A stretch of DNA of 14,756 bases, from positions 2,201 through 16,956 of the forward strand of contig CAZMCX010000009.1 of assembly GCA_964565125.1 (NCBI GenBank). The letters run 5' to 3'. The DNA comes from an uncultured archaeon (lineage in GTDB: Archaea; Iainarchaeota; Iainarchaeia; Iainarchaeales; 0-14-0-20-30-16). The notes under the pieces are model-generated. The model did no database searches, was not told where the DNA came from, and was given only the letters and a program-made list of their open reading frames with translations. The position numbers were made by a program, and so were the translations under genes. Below are positions 1-6,060 of the stretch, piece after piece (the first letter of the stretch is position 1; every line of letters begins with the position of its first letter).

Positions 1-1
1 T

Positions 2-964
2 TCAAATAAAGGCTTATTTACACCATCTGGCAAATCTCCTAAACAGAAATTTTTAGTTACATATTTGTATTATAACAATATTTTCTGGTCTAATATTAAT
101 ACTATTGCATTTATCGAAAACACACCAAAAATAAAATTAATAAAACCAGTTGCTACTGATTGGATTGATAATGGTAAGAAAAATTATTGTAATCTGAATG
201 CACTAATTAAAATGGGCCCCGCAGTTGGACCCCCAAAGAAAATAGAAAGAAAAAAGGTAATGGAACTTCAAGCAGACATTAATGTAAGTTATGATTATTC
301 CTATGTTTGGTATCTCGATGATGTGGCTATTGTAAGTGATAATAAGACCAAAGGGGAAAACATATCTACCTCGTGGGACTTTAAAATTAAGGGAAAATTA
401 GTTGATTTTGGAATATATGACTTAAATTTGGTTGTCTGTTATAAGGGCCTAGATTCAGACCTTGTGGAATATTATTGTAGTTATAATTCTAATAAAATAG
501 AAATAGTTCCTGCTATTGGTTTGGGTTTATTTTTAGATGTTAAGAAATTCCAAACTATGAAACAAGATGAAATCAAAGAGCTGGAAATAATAATTACAAA
601 TAATGGGCTTACAAGCTATTCTTTTACACCAGCGGAATTTGATTCTGGGTTATGGTATGACAACAATGAAATTGTTGGATTATATGGGCCTTACACAAAT
701 AAAGAAACAAAAGACTTTAATTCCTTTACTCTAGATTCTGGGGATACAAAGATAGTTTATTATTTAATTGATGGTACAAAACTTGCCAAGGCAATGCCAG
801 AACCATATAAAATAAATCTATCAATACAGGGAATTGAAGAGGAATTTGCATTTACTGTTATAAGTTCAACTAAAGTATTTAAGACTCCGGCAATCTCATT
901 CCCAGTTATTTTGTTGCTGTTATTTGCAGTAGGATTTATAATTAGTAAAAGGGTGAGAGCATGA
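2..964 (+). CDS. Surface/secreted protein, C-terminal part (5'-partial), with C-terminal TM anchor
   Basis: The frame of the 65..964 ORF stays open back to nt 2. The first in-frame ATG is at 212, and the TTG at 65 has no SD or TATA, so the CDS probably starts upstream of the window. The C-terminus (PAISFPVILLLLFAVGFIISKRVRA) is a hydrophobic helix plus basic tail. N-x-S/T sequons are present. The stop overlaps the next start (ATGA, 961-964). Confidence 0.6.
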   Translation, partial: SNKGLFTPSGKSPKQKFLVTYLYYNNIFWSNINTIAFIENTPKIKLIKPVATDWIDNGKKNYCNLNALIKMGPAVGPPKKIERKKVMELQADINVSYDYSYVWYLDDVAIVSDNKTKGENISTSWDFKIKGKLVDFGIYDLNLVVCYKGLDSDLVEYYCSYNSNKIEIVPAIGLGLFLDVKKFQTMKQDEIKELEIIITNNGLTSYSFTPAEFDSGLWYDNNEIVGLYGPYTNKETKDFNSFTLDSGDTKIVYYLIDGTKLAKAMPEPYKINLSIQGIEEEFAFTVISSTKVFKTPAISFPVILLLLFAVGFIISKRVRA

Positions 965-1557
965 ATAAACGACTAATAATCTTAATAATAATTTTGATTG
1001 CCCTCATTGCAGTTTTAGTAGTTTATCTTGTTAGTTCTGGTGCTGAAGTAAAACCACAAGATACAAATAAAAATATTGGCGAAGGCCTAAAACTTCCAGA
1101 CATAAAAGACACAAAAACCGAAGAAAAAAAGTATGCTTTTTCTGAAGGCGACTGTTTACAAGGCATTAAGACTTCAACAGCAAATCTGTCTGGCACACAA
1201 TATAACCTTGGAAATCTTTATCTTTCTGAACCGGAAGGGTATTCTTTAACATTAGCAAATCCATTAACATTTTCTAAAGGCAATAGTAAAATTTCGATAC
1301 AAGCCTTAAAATATACAAAAATTACGGACTTGATTAAAGATACTGCAAGTGAATTTGGCTTTGATGCGGTTACATACTTGCAAATAGAAAATACCTACCA
1401 GTTTTGTTCAATAAAAAACAATAAAAAATATTTATTTTATTCTTATCCTTTTGATAATCAATATATTACAATACAATACACATCAAATACTTCTGACTTT
1501 GAAAGTGACCTGTATGGATATTTTATAATAAAGGATAGTATAAAAGTTTACGGGTAA
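961..1557 (+). CDS. Hypothetical membrane-anchored protein (N-terminal signal-anchor helix)
   Basis: 198-aa ORF. The N-terminus (MNKRLIILIIILIALIAVLVVYLV) is a TM/signal anchor. GGTGA SD-like motif at 952-956. 4-nt start/stop overlap with the upstream gene suggests translational coupling. No recognisable domain. Confidence 0.6.
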   Translation: MNKRLIILIIILIALIAVLVVYLVSSGAEVKPQDTNKNIGEGLKLPDIKDTKTEEKKYAFSEGDCLQGIKTSTANLSGTQYNLGNLYLSEPEGYSLTLANPLTFSKGNSKISIQALKYTKITDLIKDTASEFGFDAVTYLQIENTYQFCSIKNNKKYLFYSYPFDNQYITIQYTSNTSDFESDLYGYFIIKDSIKVYG

Positions 1558-1567
1558 AGGTAATTTT

Positions 1568-2140
1568 ATGGTACGGAAATCATTATTTATTTTTTTATTT
1601 ATTTTTATAGTTTTATTAATTGTTTCTATAGCCATCTTTTTATTTACTTCTATTTATTTGCTTTTTATCTTTGCAATAATTTTTTTAGTAATTTCAGTTT
1701 TATTTGGGGCTTTTTTTGTGTTTTTTAACAAGCTAAAAAGATTTCTTGAAAGAACAAAGGTTTCAAAATATTATGCCCAAAAAGACGAAAAAGAAGAAGA
1801 ACTAAAACAGCTTGAAATGCTATTTTTCAAAAGAAGTATAACTGAAGAAACATTCAAAAATAAAAAAGAAATTTTGGATCAAGCTATTTTTGAAATAGAA
1901 TCAAAAATAAGGGTAGCCCAACTTTCTGAATTAACTACTGAGCAAGAACTAAAAGAAAAAATAAATTTGATAACTAAAAAATACTTATCTGAAAAAATGT
2001 CAGAAAGTTTATTTCAAGAATTATATTCTAAATATAAAATAGAACTTGAAATTTTACAATCAAAACAAATAAACGAAGACCTTGAAAGAAAAATAAAAAG
2101 GGAATTGCTTAATTTAAAAAGGCAAAAAAAGAAGAAATAA
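1568..2140 (+). CDS. Membrane protein with two N-terminal TM helices, a SHOCT-like motif and a coiled-coil tail
   Basis: 190-aa ORF, 10 nt after the previous stop, with AGGT SD-like motif at 1558-1561. Very hydrophobic first ~55 aa. EELKQLEMLFFKRSITEETFKNKKEIL resembles the SHOCT consensus (L..L..L....IT.EEF...K..LL). Lys/Glu-rich helical C-terminus. Confidence 0.6.
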   Translation: MVRKSLFIFLFIFIVLLIVSIAIFLFTSIYLLFIFAIIFLVISVLFGAFFVFFNKLKRFLERTKVSKYYAQKDEKEEELKQLEMLFFKRSITEETFKNKKEILDQAIFEIESKIRVAQLSELTTEQELKEKINLITKKYLSEKMSESLFQELYSKYKIELEILQSKQINEDLERKIKRELLNLKRQKKKK

Positions 2141-2170
2141 TTTTCGTAAAGGAAAATGATTTCAGAGTCT

Positions 2171-2199
2171 GAAGAACTTTTCTTTTGAAAAGTTACTTC
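2171..2199. terminator. Hairpin between convergent genes (possible bidirectional terminator)
   Basis: aacttttc (2175-2182) pairs with gaaaagtt (2187-2194) around loop tttt. The stem extends with gaag/cttc and one bulged A. T-runs occur on both strands. Confidence 0.35.
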
Positions 2200-2206
2200 T
2201 TACTAA

Positions 2207-2235
2207 AGAAAGCTTTTGCAAGGGCAAAAGTTTCT
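2207..2235. terminator. Second hairpin between convergent genes
   Basis: cttttgc (2213-2219) pairs with gcaaaag (2224-2230) around loop aagg. The stem extends with agaaa/tttct and one bulged G. It is followed by tttctttttgtttt. Confidence 0.35.
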
Positions 2236-2269
2236 TTTTGTTTTCAAAAAGCTTTCTTGAGAAAAAGAA

Positions 2270-3478
2270 TTAAATACCGATTTTTGGTTCTAAGATCCCA
2301 GTTAAAATTTTGGCATCAACACCTAATTTTATTAGAGTTGTTGTACCTCGTACCCCCTTTCCGGATATCGTTGTTGCAATCATGCCGTATAGCTCTAGTT
2401 CCTCTAAATATTGTTTGAACCACTTCAAAGAAACCGGACTTTTACCTTGTATTTTTGCTATTCTGTAATATTCATTATATACTTCTCCAGAATGTAATAT
2501 ACCTTCGTTGTTTGGTCCCAAAGTGGTTTGATTTTTTGATTTTGTTAATCTGGTTATCGCAAATAAAACATATTGTAATTGTTCGGGTAGAGTGCTTACC
2601 ATATTTAATAAAATGTCTTTTTCAACCGTCTTTTTTGCGTTTCTAACATCTGTCTCGGTAATTTTTATTTCTTTATTTTCGTCAGCAATTTCTCCAGCCC
2701 TTAATAAAAGTAAAATCGCTGTTCTTGCATCCCCTGATTCCTGTGCAGCATATGCCGAAGCTAATCCAATCGCAGAGTCATCCACGCAGTCTTTATTGAA
2801 TCCTTCTTCGACCCTGCCTTGTAATATCTTTGTTAATTCGTGTGCATTATATGGCGGAAACACTAACTCTTTTTCACATAAACTACTTTTTGTCCTAGGA
2901 TCTAATTTTTGTTTGAACATCACATTGTTTGATATTCCAACAATGCTTATTGAACCATCTGTTAGTTCATCATTGGCTCTGGTCAAGGCATATACTGCAT
3001 CATCCACATCTTTAATTAAATCAATTTCGTCTAAAACAATTATCAAACCAATTTTATTTTTTTTCACATATTCTGCCAGTTTGTCATAAACAAAAGAAGA
3101 AGAGTAACCAACATAGTCATGTTTATATAAATCGTTTATGTGCTTTAAAATAATTCTATATTTTGTATTGTGGTTTCTACAATTAATGTATGTCGTAACA
3201 ATACTTTTGCAGTCAGTTCTTTCTTTGGCTAACTCTTCCATTTTTGACAAAACTACTTTTATTGTGCTGGTTTTTCCAGTTCCGGTTTTTCCATACAAAA
3301 ATAAGTTATTTATTTTTTTTCCTTGTAATGCTGGTGCCAAATTTGATATGATTTCTTTTATTTGGTCATCTCTAAATGGCAGTATGTCTGGGATGTAATG
3401 CGGAGAAACAATGTTCTTATTTTTGAAAACGCTGTTTTTCTTTATCTCCGATTTAAACATTTCTTTAATATCTACCAT
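2270..3478 (-). CDS. cdc6: Orc1/Cdc6 replication initiator (AAA+ ATPase with C-terminal winged helix)
   Basis: 402 aa. Walker A LYGKTGTGKTS, Walker B IIVLDEID, sensor region ESGDARTAILLLLRAGEIA, and the typical N-terminal SPHYIPDILPFRDDQIKEI. Length and motif order match archaeal Orc1/Cdc6. Confidence 0.95.
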   Translation of the reverse strand: MVDIKEMFKSEIKKNSVFKNKNIVSPHYIPDILPFRDDQIKEIISNLAPALQGKKINNLFLYGKTGTGKTSTIKVVLSKMEELAKERTDCKSIVTTYINCRNHNTKYRIILKHINDLYKHDYVGYSSSFVYDKLAEYVKKNKIGLIIVLDEIDLIKDVDDAVYALTRANDELTDGSISIVGISNNVMFKQKLDPRTKSSLCEKELVFPPYNAHELTKILQGRVEEGFNKDCVDDSAIGLASAYAAQESGDARTAILLLLRAGEIADENKEIKITETDVRNAKKTVEKDILLNMVSTLPEQLQYVLFAITRLTKSKNQTTLGPNNEGILHSGEVYNEYYRIAKIQGKSPVSLKWFKQYLEELELYGMIATTISGKGVRGTTTLIKLGVDAKILTGILEPKIGI

Positions 3479-3501
3479 ATATACCTATTAAGAAGGAAAA
3501 G

Positions 3502-3509
3502 AATATATT
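3502..3509. promoter_or_regulatory. Palindromic TATA box (AATATATT), possibly shared by divergent cdc6 and the transglutaminase-like gene
   Basis: It is the only TATA-like element in the 52-bp divergent intergenic region. Its centre lies about 27 nt from the cdc6 ATG (3478) and about 26 nt from the + strand ATG (3531), the spacing expected for leaderless archaeal transcripts. Confidence 0.45.
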
Positions 3510-3530
3510 GTTTGGTTCTGTCTTTTATTA

Positions 3531-4859
3531 ATGAAGAACAGTTACTTTTTGCTCTTTTTGCTTTTAACCCCCCTTATCTGCGCTTATTATCCCTATAATT
3601 ATAGTGAAATAACTGTGAAATATAACATGGACTATGTGCTTTCCTTGGGTCAAGACCTTGATAATAAAGATTGGATGGATCTAAAGTTTTTGCGTCCAAT
3701 AGTGTTTGAAACTGCAAAAGAAAACATTATTGTCGGTTCTCAAAGCATTACTCCTACTTCGGAGTTTGACAAATATGGCAATGGTTGGATAACCTACAAG
3801 TTAAAGAATGTAAATCAAGATATAAAATTGCCAATTGAATATATAATAAAAAGTCCACAGCCAACAGATACTAAATATTTAGATTATTCTGATAGTAACT
3901 ATGTAATAATTTCCCCCGAAATCCAAAAACTTGCTAATAATCTTTATGATAAAGACATAATAATTTTTTTAATTAATGTTACAGACTGGATAAATAAAAA
4001 TCTAGAATACGATTATTCAAAACTTAGTGATTTGTATTACGATGTAGACAACTCTGTTGATACTCTTACTCAAAAGAAGGGCGTTTGTGTTGATTTTTCG
4101 ATTCTTGAATCCGCAATTCTAAAATCAAAAGGTTATGAAACTCGCCTTGTAGTAGGTTATGTTTTCGACGGAAAAAGTTGGGGCTCACATGCCTGGCTCG
4201 AAGTTTATGATTCTAATTATAAATGGATTGGTGTAGACCCAACATATAATCAAGTATATTATTTGGATGTAACCCACATAAAAAGCGCAACATTTTCAGA
4301 TTATGATGAAATGCACGATACTATTCTTGCAAATGTTTCTTTGGATGGCTTTATGCTTAACAAGCCCAATGCCCTTGATTTAAATATTTCTCTTATTTCA
4401 ACAAAAGGGATCATAGAAAAATATAACCTTGAATATCCTCAAAAATTAAAATCTGGGGAAGAATTCAAATTTTGTATAGATTCCAATTTTTTAGTTTTGC
4501 CAATTGCGTTTTTTTCTTCTTTGGAACAAAAAGAGATAATTGGAAATTTGTATAGAAATTATTGCCTTGATCTTAAGGCCCCCGACATAAATGGAATTGC
4601 ATATGTGCCATATATTTTATATCTTCCAGGGGAGAAAATAGATGGTAATTTCAAGGTTGTTAGCGAAAAAATAGCAAATTCAATTAAGTCAGTAAATATA
4701 ACTCCTGGGGTCAATACAGATAATAAACAAGACGCAGGTGATAATAATAAACAAACCCCTGAAGAAAGCGAAGATTATCTGAACATAGTTATCTTTGCTG
4801 TTGTTCTAGGGGCCGTAGTCATTTTATTAGCCCTGATTAAAAGATATTTTTTTAAATAA
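3531..4859 (+). CDS. Secreted, C-terminally anchored transglutaminase-like cysteine protease-fold protein
   Basis: 442 aa. Signal-like N-terminus MKNSYFLLFLLLTPLICA. Transglutaminase core KKGVC(186)VDFSILESAILKSKGYETRLVVGY...GSHAWLEVY...WIGVDPT gives a Cys-His-Asp triad context. C-terminal TM IVIFAVVLGAVVILLALI followed by KRYFFK. Several N-x-S/T sequons. Confidence 0.85.
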   Translation: MKNSYFLLFLLLTPLICAYYPYNYSEITVKYNMDYVLSLGQDLDNKDWMDLKFLRPIVFETAKENIIVGSQSITPTSEFDKYGNGWITYKLKNVNQDIKLPIEYIIKSPQPTDTKYLDYSDSNYVIISPEIQKLANNLYDKDIIIFLINVTDWINKNLEYDYSKLSDLYYDVDNSVDTLTQKKGVCVDFSILESAILKSKGYETRLVVGYVFDGKSWGSHAWLEVYDSNYKWIGVDPTYNQVYYLDVTHIKSATFSDYDEMHDTILANVSLDGFMLNKPNALDLNISLISTKGIIEKYNLEYPQKLKSGEEFKFCIDSNFLVLPIAFFSSLEQKEIIGNLYRNYCLDLKAPDINGIAYVPYILYLPGEKIDGNFKVVSEKIANSIKSVNITPGVNTDNKQDAGDNNKQTPEESEDYLNIVIFAVVLGAVVILLALIKRYFFK

Positions 4860-4923
4860 ACCCCTTAGTAGTAAGATATAATATATTTTTATAGATCAGG
4901 AAACCTTTTTATAAAAGGCCCGA

Positions 4924-4994
4924 GCGATTGTAGGTCAGTGGTAGACTGCGGCCTTGCCAAGGCCGTGACCCGGGTTCAAGTCCCGGCATTCGCA
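4924..4994 (+). tRNA. tRNA-Gly (anticodon GCC)
   Basis: Hand-folded cloverleaf. Acceptor gcgattg/cattcgc with one U5-U68 mismatch. D arm ggtc-agtggta-gact. Anticodon arm cggcc-ttGCCaa-ggccg (GCC at 4956-4958). T arm ccggg-ttcaagt-cccgg. Discriminator A. No encoded CCA. Confidence 0.9.
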
Positions 4995-4999
4995 CTCCA

Positions 5000-5034
5000 A
5001 GCTTTTCTTTCTTTTCAAAAAAGAAAGCAAAGCT
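5000..5034. terminator. 35-nt near-perfect palindrome just 3' of tRNA-Gly (hairpin, possible terminator or processing signal)
   Basis: agcttttctttctttt / caa / aaaagaaagcaaagct. 15 of 16 positions pair, with a T5006-C5028 mismatch. T-runs occur on both strands. Confidence 0.5.
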
Positions 5035-5097
5035 ACGGGCTCCCAAAAGAAAGAAAAGGGGGGCCATAAAGGCCCTTGAGTTTGTTAAAAAAGAAAC

Positions 5098-5106
5098 ATA
5101 TATATA
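5098..5106 (+). promoter_or_regulatory. TATA box candidate for the SLT gene
   Basis: atatatata is centred about 26 nt upstream of the ATG at 5128. There is no SD motif, consistent with a leaderless transcript. Confidence 0.4.
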
Positions 5107-5127
5107 CTAATTTTGCCTATTTTTTAA

Positions 5128-6060
5128 ATGAATTATAAACTTATTTTTGGACTATTTTTAATTGCACTGGTTTCTTTGTCATTTTCTTATGACTTATGCC
5201 CAAAGCCAGTCTGGAAGGAGCCAATATGTGACTATTGGATTCCTATAAATCAGATCTGTGCAGATACCTGGGGTTTAGATCCCTATTTTGTTGCGGCGAT
5301 TGTTAAAAAAGAATCAGACTTTAACCCACTTTGTGTAAATGAAGAAGAGAAACAAGCTTATGAATCCGGAAACCCGCAATGGTGTGGAAGTTATTATGGT
5401 AAAGGCTTAATGCAGCTTACGGGCCCAGGAATTGCTGGAACGCCTTACCCCAGCCCTAAGAATTGGAAATATGATATGCCAGCAGAAGCAGATCCTGCAA
5501 AGGCCCCATACATGGATAATGCCTTTGACCCAACTCAGAACCTTAGTAGAGGCTGCTGGTTCCTTAAAGCCTTGTCGGATCATTATTCTGGCAACCTAAA
5601 TAAAGTTGCATCTGCTTATAGGTATGGGTGGCAAGATGTTGATCAATTAGACGGATTGTATGTTGGCCCATATAATAATAATTATGTGTTAAAAGTAATG
5701 GACCATTACAAATACTATAAAAGCAGTGCACCAGCAGTGGCACAGCCAACACCTGTAGAGACAACTATACCTCAGCCACCCGTACAGCAGGAACCAGCTC
5801 CGACACAGCCCTTAACACCAACTAATACTCAAACAACAACTACACCGCCCGCAGAAAAAACACCGGATAAGCCAAGTACTGTATTTTGTAATAAGCTTAA
5901 GATGTATTTGGAAACAAAGCATGACAAGTTTTTCAAAAAATTGTATTGGTTTCTGGGAAAAGACAGTTTTAAGGGTTATTGTAAAAACAATTATTGCCCA
6001 ATATTGTCCACAATTCCTAAACAACTAAAAAAAATGAAAGCAAAAATCGAACTAAATTAA
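5128..6060 (+). CDS. Secreted lytic transglycosylase (SLT / goose-lysozyme-like domain) with Pro/Thr/Gln-rich linker and basic Cys-containing tail
   Basis: 310 aa. Signal-like N-terminus MNYKLIFGLFLIALVSLSFS. All three family-1 SLT motifs occur in order: AAIVKKE(62)SDFNP (E-S), GKGLMQLTG (GLMQ) and ASAYRYGWQ (AYNxG-like). The linker is PAVAQPTPVETTIPQPPVQQEPAPTQPLTPTNTQTTTTPP. Confidence 0.85.
   Translation: MNYKLIFGLFLIALVSLSFSYDLCPKPVWKEPICDYWIPINQICADTWGLDPYFVAAIVKKESDFNPLCVNEEEKQAYESGNPQWCGSYYGKGLMQLTGPGIAGTPYPSPKNWKYDMPAEADPAKAPYMDNAFDPTQNLSRGCWFLKALSDHYSGNLNKVASAYRYGWQDVDQLDGLYVGPYNNNYVLKVMDHYKYYKSSAPAVAQPTPVETTIPQPPVQQEPAPTQPLTPTNTQTTTTPPAEKTPDKPSTVFCNKLKMYLETKHDKFFKKLYWFLGKDSFKGYCKNNYCPILSTIPKQLKKMKAKIELN

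Noticed and set aside
65-67. TTG at 65 as the true start of the first CDS
   Set aside because: The frame is open to the window edge. There is no SD or suitably placed TATA upstream. A leaderless TTG start is unlikely. The gene is treated as 5'-partial.
880-964. Archaeosortase/exosortase-type C-terminal sorting signals (PGF-CTERM, PEF-CTERM and similar) on the three C-terminally anchored proteins
   Set aside because: The tails at 880-964, 4790-4859 and 6061-6200 have a TM helix plus basic residues but share no conserved signature motif before the helix. Plain tail anchors are the simpler reading.
3479-3530. Replication origin (ORB/mini-ORB repeats and an AT-rich unwinding element) directly upstream of cdc6
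   Set aside because: The gap is only 52 bp, holds no repeated boxes, and is fully accounted for by a shared promoter. An origin cannot be called from this window.
2185-3598. Plus-strand ORFs 2185..2418, 2455..2646, 2592..3089, 3138..3398 and 3362..3598
   Set aside because: All lie antisense to, or overlap, the strongly supported cdc6 CDS. Their translations are low-complexity Leu/Phe/Ser/Ile strings typical of the reverse frame of an AT-rich gene. None has a recognisable motif or start signal.
5564-6024. Minus-strand ORFs 5564..5764 and 5812..6024
   Set aside because: Both lie antisense inside the SLT gene, which has clear catalytic motifs, and neither has any motif of its own.
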